Positions 26,901-52,010 of a stretch of 64,000 nucleotides of DNA are shown piece by piece; position 1 is the stretch's first letter, and each line of letters begins with the position of its first letter. The DNA is from the human T2T-CHM13v2.0 reference genome, Homo sapiens. Under the pieces are notes generated by a model. That model saw nothing but the letters and a program-made list of their open reading frames with translations. It had not been told where the DNA came from and did not search any database. The stretch is taken from assembly GCF_009914755.1 (NCBI RefSeq), contig NC_060947.1. One strand, 5' to 3'. The position numbers and the translations under genes were made by a program.

Positions 26901-27426
26901 AGTCCTCTCCCCTCTTTCATGTATTTATTTTATTTTATGTACTGGTCCTTGTTCTGTCTATAAATATGCTTAAGCTAAATGAACATTTCCTGACCCTGCT
27001 ACTCTTCCAACACTATTGACCACGCTTCTCTAATATTTGCTCCCTTGGGTTCTGTGACACCACTTCTCTGTGTACTCCTATTTCTTCCCTGGTTTGTCTT
27101 TTTCCCTTCCCATATAACCTAGGCAGCATTCCTTGGTACTCTGTCCCTCGCTAGTCTCTCTCTCTCCCTCCCTCTCTCTCTCTCTCCTGACAACCTCATA
27201 CTCTCTCAAAACTTCAGTTACATTCAACATGATAATTAGCATCTTTTATGCTTATATGCTGCTTTAAAATTTACAAAGCATTTTTTCATATATTGTCTCA
27301 CTTAATTGTCATAACAACCCTGCAAGTGAGTAGAGCAGGCATTCACTAATATGACCCTTGTCTTACAGATGAGGAATCAAGATCAGAGAGTTCAGAAGTT
27401 CAAGGTCTCATAACTAGAAAGTGTCA

Positions 27427-27868
<442 letters not shown>

Positions 27869-28016
27869 TCACGGAGTGCATTATTCTGCTTTGAGGTGAT
27901 TGTGTGCATCTCTTATTCAAATGTATGTTCCTTGTGGGCAAGAACCATATCCTATTTCTCTTTCAACCTCCAAAGCTTCTAGAATGGTGAGAGCTGAGCT
28001 TATAAAAGGTAACCAA

Positions 28017-28320
<304 letters not shown>

Positions 28321-28825
28321 GGTAATCAAGAATATTTGTAGCATTGAATTGATCATCACCTCCCTACTTGTTCAGGGAATCTCAGCTTCATCTCCTTCCC
28401 ATTGGAATGGCTGATTTCATAGCACCAGGATTTTTTGTGCTGTAACATGTCTCAAAACCCTCCAGAAAGATTGAGCTCAGGTGGCCAGTAAACTAGATAA
28501 TACCTTTGTTACTTTAAGTAGAGATTATTGAGTCCCCTCCCCGCAAAAATGCATTTGAATTGCTCCAGTTCTCTAGTTTGTTTGGTAGTATAGATCAGAA
28601 GTGGGTCCACTTGCCTCACTGTTTGAATGGAGTTTGCTGGGGCAAAAAAACCTCTTTTCATCATTTTCAAGATCATGACCCTATTTTTCTAAAACCCCAG
28701 ATGAAATTTCCTCGGTCTTCACCAAGAATCTAAGAATGGCACAAAAGATTTCTGCCCCAGAGATCTTTTCTTAAGAGTGTTCAACATGTTGTAATACCTT
28801 TCCTAAATCCTAACTCCGCACTCAT

Positions 28826-29127
<302 letters not shown>

Positions 29128-29164
29128 CCTGTAAACTCATCTTACTAGAGGAAAATATACTTAC

Positions 29165-29289
29165 TTGGGGTGGGAGGTAGCTATTGTAGAAAACTCATTG
29201 TCCCACATTGGTCTCCCAAAGGAGGTTTTCTGTTTCAGACCTGTCACGATGTCAGTGGCCTTGTCAAAGTTTAATGCTGCATGACCAAC
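29165..29289 (-). CDS. NOX1: NOX1 exon 12 (VGHAALNFDKATDIVTGLKQKTSFGRPMWDNEF...)
   Basis: ccag / GTAAGT; phase consistent. Confidence 0.95.
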
Positions 29290-29329
29290 CTGGATTCAGA
29301 GGAATAAAAGTTAGAAAAACCAAGTCCTA

Positions 29330-29688
<359 letters not shown>

Positions 29689-29817
29689 TTAAACTTGTGT
29701 GTGAGTGTGAGGGCAGGTAGGAAATCATAAGAAATAACTTCTAATCCATATGCACTATCCTTTGTCTGACATTCGTCTTATGTTTAGTAGGGGAATTAGT
29801 GTGTTATTTGGACTCAC

Positions 29818-29964
29818 AATATTGCTGTCCCATCCGGTGAGGAAGAGACGGTAGTTTAGAAAACCCACTTTGCCTAATTCCTCCATCTCCTGTTCCAGGG
29901 AAGTCAACAGGTTGTTGAACCAGGAAAAGGCACCTGTCTCCCTGCAGATCCAGTAGAAATAGAT
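29818..29964 (-). CDS. NOX1: NOX1 exon 11 (IYFYWICRE...LTGWDSNI)
   Basis: ttcag / GTGAGT; 147 nt, phase 0-0. Confidence 0.95.
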
Positions 29965-30309
29965 CTGAAATCAGCAAGAGAGAACATAGCCTTATTAGGT
30001 GACCTTAAAAGTCACATTTATAGAGCCGCAAACTTTAGGCAGCAGGAATGTTCAGAGTTCTGACAATTTTCCTTAGGAACGAGCCTTCCAACATCTTTGG
30101 TCAGGGTGATCTTAAACTCCAAATTGAAAAGAAGACCCTGTTCTTATGATAAATCTGTAGAAGTGGATGTCCTGGCCAAGAGAAGTGATCACTTATTCTC
30201 ATAACTCCAGGGATAGGTTGCTCCCTTATCAATTGTAAAGAGCTTAGCCCAAGAAGGCAATAGACTTGTCAGACTCAGGCCAGAAGAAAAGTGATATACG
30301 GGATTATAC

Positions 30310-30472
30310 CTTTTTTGTTTTGAGGTTGTGGTCTGCACACTGGAATTTGTACCAGATGGATTTCAAGATAGAAGCAAAGGGGGTGACCCCAATTCCTGCT
30401 CCAACCAGCACAGCCACTTCATACTGGAAAACATCCTCACTGGCTGTGCCAAAGGGACCATCCACTTCAATC
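30310..30472 (-). CDS. NOX1: NOX1 exon 10 (DGPFG; NADPH-binding GAGIGVTPF)
   Basis: ORF 30304..30534; ccag / GTATAA. Confidence 0.96.
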
Positions 30473-30688
30473 CTGGCAGAAGACAGAAGATAACGGGCAA
30501 CTGAAGACTCCCCTCCACCTCCAACCTCAAACATCCTCCCAGAAATATAGTTGTTCCCATGGCTGACTTCTGCATATTTATTATAATCCTATTCTATTGT
30601 ACCAAACTTAAGATTCAACGAAGAATTGCTTTCTCTTTTCTGCCAGTCTGCATCCTGGTCTGGGACTCTCCTGGTCTCAAGGACCTAC

Positions 30689-30924
30689 CTGGGAATTGGT
30701 GAATATTGTTGTTCGAAAGCCCTTATGAGATTTTCTGTCCAGTCCCCTGCTGCTCGGATATGAATGGAGAAGAAATCTTCCTCTGGAGCAGAGGTCAAAG
30801 TAAAAGGATGCCATTCCAGGAGAGAGATTGAGGGGCAATTAACAAAGATATACTGCCCCACTTCCATGCTGAAGCCACGCTTGTTCATCTGCAATTCCAA
30901 AACTTTGGATGGGTGCATAACAAC
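30689..30924 (-). CDS. NOX1: NOX1 exon 9 (FAD-binding WHPFTLTS)
   Basis: ORF 30685..30957; cacag / GTAGGT. Confidence 0.96.
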
Positions 30925-31309
30925 CTGTGAATGAAGCACATAGACCAAAGAAAGCAAACTCTAATGGCGACAGGGACAGGCAGATAAAGCAAATGAGTGA
31001 AGCTGGAGGGCTGGTGACAGTGGTGAACTACAAACACAAGTCCTCTCTAAAGAGGGCAGCAGCTACTTAGCTCCAGACAGTGGTTGCGATATGGAACCAT
31101 GACAGTGTTATCAGGTTTCCTGATTCTTCAAGAGAAGCAAGAAATAGCTTTTAAAAAATCAAACGAAAGCTTCCATCCAGATTTTTAAATGTTGGCAACC
31201 AATTCAACTTTATAAACAAACATTGTGTGCACCAAACAAAATATAGCTGTGAACTAGCTCTGGCCCAGGCTGCCTGTTTGCAACCTCTGATATAGACTCA
31301 TCCTGATGA

Positions 31310-31699
<390 letters not shown>

Positions 31700-31770
31700 T
31701 AAAAATTTAGTTCTGTAGTCCGGTAGAAGATAACTCTTATCACAGCAAGAGGAAAGTGCATATTCTTTAC

Positions 31771-31863
31771 CTTGGTAATCACAACCTTCTGCTGGGAGCG
31801 GTAAAACCGGAGGATCCTTTCACAGATATAAAGAATGACCGGTGCAAGGATCCACTTCCAAGA
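31771..31863 (-). CDS. NOX1: NOX1 exon 8 ([31 protein letters not shown])
   Basis: ORF 31537..31899; tgcag / GTAAAG. Confidence 0.96.
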
Positions 31864-32176
31864 CTGCACAGAGACAGGGTTAAGAATGAGATTACACACT
31901 AATTTCTTGTTTAGGACTTATTTGTGTAGCAGTTCATCCTTCATTCTTTACTGAGTTCTCCAATGTGTATCATTTTTAAGCTACTAATTTCACCAAATCT
32001 GGAAGATGGAAATAGAAAAAATAAAGGACAATGGTTTCGTTTGCTAATCTGTTATTCATAAAACAGACCATTTCCTGAAAATTTACAAGTCTGACCAAGA
32101 AGCAGGAGAAAAGCACAGAAATGGAACACATGGTAAATATTCTTATTCTTAAATTACATATAAAATTTAATTTTAA

Positions 32177-32492
<316 letters not shown>

Positions 32493-32677
32493 CTAAGACT
32501 GTCTTCGAGGACAGCTTGTCCAATCTAAAAAACCAACAGAGAAAGTAGATGTGAAATAGAGGCAGATGATTAAAAACAAAACAAACACAAAAAAGGGAAA
32601 GTATGTGACTGATGCTACTGGTACATAAAACTCAGTACTTATCCATCACCTCCTTTCTCAAGTGCTTAAACATTTAA

Positions 32678-33043
<366 letters not shown>

Positions 33044-33750
33044 CTATCCCTGAGATCTTTGCAAAGCAGCAGTTTGCTTCTACCTGCACAGGAACTACTA
33101 AAAATATACTTCCTAGCAATACTAAATTATGTCCTTTCTTGCACAGTTGCTCAAGTGTGATACATTGGGACTGTGTGAAGTGAGGTTTCTTAAGCTGGTG
33201 CAAGCAAATAACTTCCTTGAGTATCTCTAGGGAAGGAAGAGGCAGAGATGGGACAAATCAAACAGAGTGAACATTATGCAATTCAGTGCTATTTCTTATT
33301 TGAAGAAAATTCCCCAGCTCAATTTGAGGAAAAACATATTTAAGAAATGGATAATAACAATGTGAAAAAAATATTGGCCTCAGAAATAGTCAGAGTAATA
33401 AATATTAAAACAAGATACCATTTTAGTCTCTCAAATTGAAAAACAATTTTAATTAATAATGCCCAGCATTAACTGGGATTCAGGGAAATGGGAGTGTTCA
33501 CGTGGGCATGCAAATTGAACATGCATTTCACAGGGGTGAAAATGCAAATTGGCAACATCTTCCCAGAGAGCAGTTGAGCAGTATGTCTCAATAGCCTCAA
33601 AAGCATTCCTTCTCTTTTACCCTGGAACTTCACTTCTGGGAAATGAAGATAAATAATTAAGGTGTGAAAAAGTATTATGCACGAGTAAAGTAATGGCCAC
33701 AATGTTTACTTTAAGAAATGATTAAAATGGTATATATACCATACACATAT

Positions 33751-33792
33751 TTTCCTTCTCTTTCTCTTTCTTTCTTTTTCTTTCTTTCCTTC

Positions 33793-33842
<50 letters not shown>

Positions 33843-33851
33843 CTCTCTTTC

Positions 33852-33883
<32 letters not shown>

Positions 33884-33885
33884 TT

Positions 33886-33953
<68 letters not shown>

Positions 33954-33995
33954 TTCTTCCTTCCTTCCTTCCTTGCTTTCTTCCTTGCGTCCTTC

Positions 33996-34026
<31 letters not shown>

Positions 34027-34089
34027 TTCTTCCTTCCTTCCTTCCTTGCTTTCTTCCTTGCGTCCTTCCTTTCTTTCTTTCTTTTTTTT

Positions 34090-34092
<3 letters not shown>
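33751..34092. repeat. Long compound (TTTC)n/(TTCC)n microsatellite expanded from an Alu tail
   Basis: About 340-bp nearly pure pyrimidine tract. Confidence 0.95.
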
Positions 34093-34812
<720 letters not shown>

Positions 34813-35235
34813 TGTTTCAAAGGAAAGCATCCATTATATCAATCAAGGAAAAACATTATTTCCTCTAGGTGGTAGAACTCTATGAAATTTTTTATTTACT
34901 TCTAGTATTTTTTGTATTTTCCAAACTTTCTACAATAAATGTATATTATTTTTCTAATTTTTAAATGGGGTGAATATGGAGAGAGTATTTTTTAAATGTT
35001 TATGGAAGAAACAAAGCAATACATTCAGGTGGCAAAACTGGTGTTCTCTCTCTTAGAGTATTACACGACCAACCAAAGCAACCCCTAAGTTTTAAGGATA
35101 CCAAATAGACCAACTATAACTTAACTCAGGTAATAGATGAGAAAAAGACAGAAGCTGATGTGCAAGATAAGACAAGGTATTAACCATCTTAGCTAGTAAG
35201 CTTTCCTAATAATCTTTAAATAGCTCCCTATCTTT

Positions 35236-37101
<1,866 letters not shown>

Positions 37102-37208
37102 AATAGCTCCCTATCTTTAAGGTCCTCTTGTCTACTAGTCCGCTAATACAGATCCCTGGTTATGATCTTATAATTTCCTCTGACTTTAGAAATGAAATGT
37201 GCTATTAA

Positions 37209-40568
<3,360 letters not shown>

Positions 40569-41414
40569 AAAATTACTTTCTAAATAGGTAATATATGTAT
40601 ATGGTACAAAATCTGAAAGTACAACAGTACAATAGTAAAAAGCAAATCCTCCTACCCCTCCAGATCCCCAGAGGTAATGTTATTATTTTGTGAATTCTTC
40701 TGGAGAACATGCATTTAAATGATCTTTTCAATGCAAATGATAGGAGACTCTACACACTGCCCTGCCTTTTGCATTTAACATCTTAGAGACTGGTCCCTAT
40801 TAGTGTCTATGGTACTGTCTCTTTCGTTTTACTGGTTGCAGACTATTCCACTGCATGAAAGTCCCAAAATGTAACTAGTTCCCCACTGATGGACACTTGT
40901 TTCCAGTCTTTTTTTCTATTCAACAATGCTGTAATGAATAACTTAATGCATGTAATTTAACACATATTTAAGTATATTTGTGGAATAAATTGGAAGTCGA
41001 GTTTTAAACCTTAATTGCTACTGCCAAATCACTCTCTACAAGCAGTTGTATAGGTTTACACTCTCACCAGCAATGCATAAGAGCATTTTTCCACACTTGC
41101 CAGCACCATACATTAGCAGGTTTTTTAATCTTTGCTAATCTGTTAGGTTAACAGATTCTTGTAGTTTTATTTGGCATTTTTTTCCATTATGAATAACATT
41201 AAGCATCATTTCATATATTTAAGATAAGGATATATCTCCATTTCTGAGATTATTCTGTTCACATCTTCTGTTTCTCTTTTTATCATGTTATTAGGCTTTT
41301 TCTTATTGATTTCTAGGAGTTATTTATATATTAGAAAATTAGTCCATGCCCTGTGAGTTGTAAATACTTTTCCTACTTGGTAATTTTTTGTCTATCTTTA
41401 TTTACAATGGGAAT

Positions 41415-41696
41415 TTTTGTTTATTTGTTTGTTTATTTTGACACAGGATCTCACTGTCACCCAGGCTGGAGTGCAGTGGCATGATTACAGCTCACTGCAG
41501 CCTCAGCCTCCCAGGCTCAAGTAATCCTTTCACCTCACCCTCCACACCACCATGCCCAACTAATTTTTGTATTTTTTGTAGAGATGGGGTTTTGCCATGT
41601 TGCCCAGGCTGGTCTCAAACTCCTGGGCTCAAGCAATCCACCCACCTCAGCCTCCCAAATTGCTGGGATTACAGGTGTGAGCCACCGTGCCCGGCC
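41415..41696 (-). mobile_element. AluJ with small internal deletion, inside L1M remnant
   Basis: Antisense dimer. Confidence 0.85.
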
Positions 41697-42828
41697 CGAT
41701 GGGGATTTCTTTTGCCATGCAAAATTATCTCTTCTTTTATGGCTTCAGGGTGGTTTATCTTATTTAGAAACATGTTCCTCCACTTCAGTATTAGAAAAAA
41801 ACTTCCCACGTGGTCTTAAGGTGCTTTTATGGTTTTTTTGCTTCATGTATCCTCGATTCATATTTTAGTGCAAGGCGTGAAATGAAGATATAGCTTTTTT
41901 CCCAGATGATGATCTTATTGTGCTAAAAATTATTCATTTATCCTTTTCCTGCTGAATTAAAATGCCAACTTTAGAAGACTTTTTGTTTTATATATTTTTC
42001 CTGTTCCAGATGAGAACTAAGCTATTGCTCTTAATCCTGAATCTGATTTAAAGACCTTAATCATTCTCAGAATACTCTGAGGCACCACAAATCAACCTTC
42101 CCCTTCCATTTACTCCTCAATATAACCTATTTTGTGAGCAAGCAAAGGTAAATAATAATATCCGCAAGAATTACCCTGGGGCACACCTTGAGTTCCCTAG
42201 AACACAGTTTCATAATCACCCAGTATCTAACAAAAATTTCCAAGCATATTCTTAGAACACCAAAGAAAGCCCACTTCAAGAATGCTTTATTTCCCCCCAG
42301 AATTTGACTGGAATATCACGGCTGAGCTTTGGGACAGTATAGTGGTCAAGAGTTCAAACCTTTGGAATCCAAAAGGCCTGGGTTTGTATTCAAGCTCCAC
42401 TACTTACTGTAAGAGCTTGTCAGTTTACTTAATCTCTTGGAATCCTGTCCTTTTGTTTCAAAATTTAGACAAAAAAGAAGTAATATCTCATAGGCTATTG
42501 CTATATATAAATGAAATAATCCATATTATGCAGCAAGGCTGGCAGATGATAAACACAATTAATAATGTGGGCTATCATTATTACCTTTGCAGAGGGTCTC
42601 ACAACATGCAAGAACTATTAGTTTTTTCTCTTCAAGATCCCCTTGTAATTGCCTGTTGCCAGTGATACTGGAAGTTTCTTAAAGGTAGGAACCCCATAGA
42701 CATCCTTCATAAGACCCAGCACAGGACTGAACTAATAATAATGATGATAATAACAATAAGAGTAATAATAAGAATAATAACAGTAACAGCTCCTAACAAG
42801 AGTCTGTCCTTGCCCGTAGGGCTCTTAC

Positions 42829-42961
42829 CTCAGGGGGATGCCCTTCAAACTTAGGGCGCCTACAGTGGGAGTCACGATCATCCCACATCTCAAAAGACTC
42901 TGCACACTTGCGAGGATGACTCTCATTCATGCTCTCCTCTGTTTGACCCCGGACAATTCCA
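42829..42961 (-). CDS. NOX1: NOX1 exon 7 (GIVRGQTEES...FEGHPPE)
   Basis: tttcag / GTAAGA; 133 nt; 88-nt intron upstream. Confidence 0.94.
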
Positions 42962-43049
42962 CTGAAATAGACAAAGAAGGATGGTTTGGGACAAAGAATT
43001 ATGCAAGGTCAGGGGCTGGGGCATGAGAATGAGGGTTCGAGGATCTTAC

Positions 43050-43231
43050 CCAATGCCGTGAATCCCTAAGCCAAGGATATAGAAGATAAAAAGGTGGTGA
43101 GTATACCAGAAGACTTCAAAATAACTCCTCCGGATGAACTCAGTAGCTGAAGTTACCATGAGAATCAAGGCTATTGTCATGATCACTCCAGTGAGACCAG
43201 CAATGCTGGTGAATGTCACATACTCCACTGT
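43050..43231 (-). CDS. NOX1: NOX1 exon 6 (TM4-5, heme His208/His221)
   Basis: ORF 43046..43288 [11 protein letters not shown]; cacag / GTAAGA. Confidence 0.96.
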
Positions 43232-43326
43232 CTGTGAAAGGAGAAATGTCAGCCTGACACAATGTCCACCTGTGCACTTCCTGCTCATGACCAGATCTCA
43301 GATGCTTTGCTAGAAAGTCAACTCAC

Positions 43327-43478
43327 CGTGTTTCGGGACTGGATGGGATTTAGCCAAGAACCCCCCTTTTTCTCATCATGAGATAGGCTGGAGAGAATGG
43401 AGGCAAGGGAGCCATCTGTGGCCTGTCGGCTTCTGCTATAGCAGTCAAAGTTAAACAGGTGTGCAATGATGTGAATAG
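43327..43478 (-). CDS. NOX1: NOX1 exon 5 (IHIIAHLFNFD...WLNPIQSRNT)
   Basis: tttag / GTGAGT; contains His115. Confidence 0.95.
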
Positions 43479-43816
43479 CTAAATGGAAAGATGAAAAGAA
43501 ATGTTAAGAGGCATCTCAGCAACATCATGGCAGGTGTGCCCCACTAGACTAGAAGAATCCTACATTATAGTGCTTAGCAGAATGCTGAGTGCACAGAAGG
43601 TGCCCAATAAACCCTCGATTGCGGAGAGATCTTTTTTATATTTACTCTGTTCCCAAAGGAATAGAACTTAAGCTCCATGAAAACAGGCCAAGAACAGTGC
43701 CTGACAAATAGTGCCCAGTGCTCGATAAATATTTTTTGAATGTGCATATGGATGGATGAATGAAGCAAGATTCTGAATGCCCTGGAGTCTGCAGATTCAT
43801 GGATTGCCTGAGTTAC

Positions 43817-43901
43817 CTGTATGTAGGCAGATCATATAGGCCACCAGCTTGTGGAAGGTGAGGTTGTGATCCAATTGCTTTCTCAGTGTGCGGCTGCAAA
43901 A
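43817..43901 (-). CDS. NOX1: NOX1 exon 4 ([28 protein letters not shown])
   Basis: ttgtag / GTAACT; contains His101. Confidence 0.95.
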
Positions 43902-44142
43902 CTACAAATGTAGAATGATCATGGTCAGATGTCGCCAGCCAGCTTTATTAAATTCACTAACCCATAACCAATATGTCTTGCATATAGCATGCCAATACTC
44001 ACCCGCACTAACCCACCCCCTTAGCTACCAAAGGAGACTTCTAGCTTCCATTCCTAGGAGCATGGTGTTGGACTGTCCTACTGAGGAGTCTGGGGTCTCC
44101 TTCTTTAATGTGAAAGTTGACTTAGGAGTGGTTGGGACTCAC

Positions 44143-44253
44143 TGAGCAGGTGCCCCTCAGGAAGGACAGCAGATTGCGACACACAGGAAGCAGGATCAGC
44201 GTGCTGTTAAAATTCAAGCAGAGAGCAGACGCTCGGGCACAGGCCAATGTTGA
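44143..44253 (-). CDS. NOX1: NOX1 exon 3 ([16 protein letters not shown]...LRGTCS)
   Basis: ctgtag / GTGAGT; 111 nt. Confidence 0.95.
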
Positions 44254-44622
44254 CTACAGCAGAGGAGAAAAAGAGACCATCAGCTGCTTCATTTCACCAT
44301 CTAGCACGTGAGCAACTGACCCAGCCCACTCATCTGAGGCCTGCAAATGAACAGGGCTACAGCTGCCTCTCCTCTCTCTCAGTAGCTAACACCATCAGGC
44401 CAGGCTCTGTTTGCAAAATACATAAAACATACTGAATTTAATACTGAGTTGAGAAATTCCCATGACAGTAGTTTGGAAATGTTTGACTACATTTATTAAC
44501 ATGAAAGAGAATAGGATTTAATGATTACATGTTAGCAAAACATTCTATGGCTGTAACATTTTACTTAATACTCTTTATTATAATTTTGTTATTTGTCACT
44601 TGTAAAAGAGTCCTAAGGATCA

Positions 44623-44993
<371 letters not shown>

Positions 44994-46346
44994 TAGAGGT
45001 ACAATTACAGATGGTATTTTATTCTTTTCTGTATTTTCTAATATTGCAGTTATAAGCACATAAGAGTTGTATAATAAAAACACTTAAAATTTTTAACCAA
45101 TTCTATTTAAGATGTCTTTAAAAATTGAATAAATTTAGTCAAGACTAGCAAACCTCTTGGAGCAAAATTTTTAAACAGGTAGATATTTGAGAAGGGAGAA
45201 CTTCAGAGGAGCAAAATTTTAAGCTGATTTCCTTGGGTGGCCAGGCAGCATAAATCAAGAACAACCTGATCCAGCAGTAGAAGCTGCTAGCAAAGGAGAC
45301 AAGGAATCAATGCTTCAAAGAAGCATTTAGCCCCAAAAAACAGGCCTTACTAGGTATAAGCTGGACAGAATATGCTTAACTCCATGGCAGCTAAATCTGA
45401 CTTCTCTCCTCAACTCTGTACAACCGGTCTCTGAGTCTACTTCATGAACTTGGGACTGCTATGGAGTGTGACAATGTTGTAGCAGAGGAGCTGACAGCAG
45501 CAGCCAGGCAATTTTTGTTGCACTTCTGCTGACTGGCCAGCCTTACATTGTGTGCCTGTCAAAGACTTTCTAAAAGGAGGGGTATGGGTTAAGGTTAACA
45601 ATTTCTTGGCCTTTTTGTAATTATCTATGAAGCACAAAATTGATTTTTCCTTATATCGTAAACCCAGGAACATGTGATGTTAGTTTAATAAGCCAGGACA
45701 AGATCTGCCTAGTATCTATAATGGCTAAGAATGTCAGGCAATGTGGTGAACAAAAGCTGCCCTACTGTTTTCCATTTCTGGCTTTTCCACATGACCTGTG
45801 TTTTCTCCCTCTGCTGACTCACACCCTGACTGTTTTTGGTACAGACAGCCTGTTCCACTTCTGAGTAAATTTCCTCTGCTCATCTCAGAGATCCTGCATT
45901 TCCACATTGGTTCCCACTACTTGCTTATTTGAATCACAGAGATTTCTTAAAGCTAAAATTGGCAAGTGAATTGAAAATATAGGACTATAATTTCACAGTT
46001 CCATATTCTGTGGTGGCTATCTGTATAGGATGAATTCTTTTTAGAGAAAACATTTTTTCCTCGTTGCAGCACATTTAAATATGCCAATGTATGTTCATTT
46101 CTCTAGATCTCCACTCACTGGTGTTATAATTGAACTCCTGCTGTCATTAATGCATAATTGACTGTGGATTTAAACTTCTTCCTCTGCTGCTTATCTGCTC
46201 TACTTCATAGCGAATCAAATTGTTATCTGTATTTTCCCAAGGTGAGCAGAGCATGAATTTAAGAAATAACCTGTGGAATGTTTCAATAAATTATGGCATA
46301 TCAATGCAATGAATTGTTATTCTCTTAAAAGGCTGAGAGCTCTATG

Positions 46347-46567
46347 CAGTGATGCAGTGATGGTAAATGTTTTAATGACTAGCTTTTTGGGAGGAAGGGG
46401 ATTCCTGATTTCCAGCATTTGCCAATTTTGATGATGTAAATACTCCCACCATGCCAGATTTCAAGACACTAACTTGATGTCATTGAACACCACTGAATGC
46501 AGAGTTGGGAAGAGATGCACGCAACTGGCATTGCAACCTGGTATGAGCTGGTTTCAGCACACCACTG
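46347..46567. mobile_element. hAT MITE (MER63-like)
   Basis: CAGTG...GGTAAATGTTTTAA start and CAGCACACCACTG end. Confidence 0.55.
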
Positions 46568-46596
46568 GTTAGGCACTCACATGGAAAGATATCTGA

Positions 46597-47001
<405 letters not shown>

Positions 47002-47133
47002 TTACCCAAACTCATAGAACTGTATACCAAAAAACAGCAAATTTTACTATATGAAAATGAAAAAGTGAATAAACGATAGTACCCACCTCAAAAACAAAAC
47101 CTACGTGTCTGATACATTTGTGAGCTTATGTCA

Positions 47134-47144
47134 GTGTGTGTGTC

Positions 47145-47180
<36 letters not shown>
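47134..47180. repeat. (TG)n microsatellite
   Basis: Visible dinucleotide run. Confidence 0.95.
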
Positions 47181-47183
<3 letters not shown>

Positions 47184-47234
47184 CTCTGGGGAGTAGGATG
47201 GGAGGGAGATTTTCACATTTTACTTATACACTTC

Positions 47235-47309
47235 TATTCGCTTGGTGCAAAAGTAATTGCGGTTTTTGCAAACAGTTTTAATAGCAATAATTTTTGCACC
47301 AAACTAATA
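47235..47309. mobile_element. MADE1 mariner MITE (palindromic)
   Basis: TTGGTGCAAAAGTAATTGC...TTTTGCACCAAACTAATA; TA flanks. Confidence 0.85.
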
Positions 47310-47540
47310 TGTGCTTTGATCTCATTGGAAGCAGCATTATTGATAATTAAGGTTTTAAAATAGGGATTTAAAAAATGAAATGTCCTACAGAGTGGAATAA
47401 TGGATATTGGAGACTACAAAATGTGGGAGGGTGGGAGGGGAGTGAGGGTTGAAAAATGACCCACTGGGTACAATGTTCACTATTCAGGTGATAGGTAACT
47501 AAAAACCCAGACTTCATCACTATGCAATATATGCATGTAA

Positions 47541-48580
<1,040 letters not shown>

Positions 48581-49423
48581 ACCTGCACTTATACCCCCTA
48601 CATATGTAAACAATTTTTAAATAATTTTGAAAAAAAAATGTCCATGGGACATCAGCATAATTTATTTTTGTGCTGCTGACATTTTGGTCATGTAGTAATC
48701 AAGCTGTTAATAACTAGTCACATTTATTGCATCATTCTCTTAGTAAAAAGCTATTTTTAAAGCAAATTAATACCTCCTTTGGAGTTATAGTTTCTAAAGA
48801 AGGATCAAGGATGAACATTTAAAATGGAAAACAGCAGGGTGAAATAAACCATGAACAGAACGTTCAAATTAGTTGTGATCTCAACATGGATTCTTTGATT
48901 ATGGAGAGAGAAAAAAGCATTTTTTAAAAGGACAAGCTGTCTTTAAACATGTACATTGGGAAGATACCAAAAGCTACTGAAAAAATGACACTGTCAAGAT
49001 GAAAGTGATTTAAAATCCTCTATCTGTTATTGCATAATAGACTAGAGGTAGCAGTCAAATATGCTCTTCTAACCAGGCAGCATCCGGGTTCATCAGCCTG
49101 TGAGAGAACCATCCTCAACTCCGTGCTTCCTCCTGGTCACCTCCACACCCCTGTGCCCTACCCACTCCCTCCCTCCCTCTTCTGTTTTTGATCTGCCACT
49201 TCCCCAAGCTTCTCAGGTTCTGTAACCTTGACCTGAGCCCTCCTTTCTGCAGGCCTTGAATTCTGTAGCACCCATGAGACTCCCCTAAGTATCCCTCCTA
49301 TTTGATAGAGAGGTATGTTTCCATGACAGCAGTGTTTTCAAGTTGTGTTTGTTTTTTCTTTTTTACTTTCCTTTTTTTTAAAAAAAAACCAAACTCTTTC
49401 TTAAAATTGTAAGCAGGTGTTCA

Positions 49424-51028
<1,605 letters not shown>

Positions 51029-51086
51029 CTAATAGTTTTCTTTATTGCATGTTTCCTTTATTGGGTCTGGGTAGTGTGCCCTAGAT

Positions 51087-51277
51087 GGGGTTATCAGATT
51101 TATTTAATAAAAATACAGGATGCTAAGCTAAATTTTAACTTCAGACTTTTTAAAATAAATATTTTAGTATACCTGTGTTTCATACAGTATTTGGAGCATA
51201 CTTACATAAAAAAATAATTTGTCATTTATCTGAAACTCAAAGTCAGTTGGGCATTCTGTACTTTTTCTGGCAACCCT
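51087..51277. mobile_element. MER53-like palindromic MITE
   Basis: GGGTTATCAGAT...TCTGGCAACCC imperfect inverted ends. Confidence 0.55.
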
Positions 51278-51374
51278 AGCCCTAGAGAATATCAGGGCAT
51301 TGGGTCACAAAGAAGCTGGAATCAGAGATAAGGAAAACAATAGAGATTCTATCCGTGACAACCGTGATACTCAC

Positions 51375-51470
51375 CCCAAGGATTTTTCTTGTGTAGTAGT
51401 ATTTGTCGGCCTTCTCATATTTCAGGAAGGCATCCACAAACAGGAAAACATTCAGCCCTAACCAAACAAC
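51375..51470 (-). CDS. NOX1: NOX1 exon 2 (VVWLGLNVFLF...YYYTRKILG)
   Basis: ctctag / GTGAGT; 96 nt. Confidence 0.95.
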
Positions 51471-51671
51471 CTAGAGAAAGAAAAAAAAACATGCAAAGAA
51501 TAAAGTGAAATTTGAGTATGGGAAGGAGTAAATAAGGGATAGGGATAGCAATAGTGTCGCCGTTTTGGCTATTTTGTGTTTACCTGTTTTCATTTTAAAT
51601 GAGTGCAATCCTGCTAGTATCTAACTGGCTTTCAGAGTGAGTTAGCACTTTGAGACATGCATTAGACTAGA

Positions 51672-52010
51672 GCAGGGTCAGCAAACTGAGGCCCATGGCC
51701 CATTACCTGTTTTGCCACAGCCTGCAAGCTCAGAATTGTTTTTTATATTTTATATTTTCAAATTTGCTAATGGTTGAGAAAATCGAAAGAAGAATATTTT
51801 GTGGCATGTGAAAGTTACATGAAATTCAAATTTCAGTGACCATAAATAAAGTGGTATTGGAACTTAGCCACTGCTACTCATTTTTGTATTGTTTATGGCT
51901 GTTTTTGTGATACAATGACGGAGTAGAGTAGTTGGGACAGAGACCATATGGCTTGCAAAGCCTAAAATATGTACTATCTAGATTTTTACAGAAACATTTG
52001 CCATTTCTTG
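51672..52010. mobile_element. MER58B-like hAT element
   Basis: CAGGGTCAGCAAAC...GCAAAGCCTAAAATAT...TTTGCC. Confidence 0.65.
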
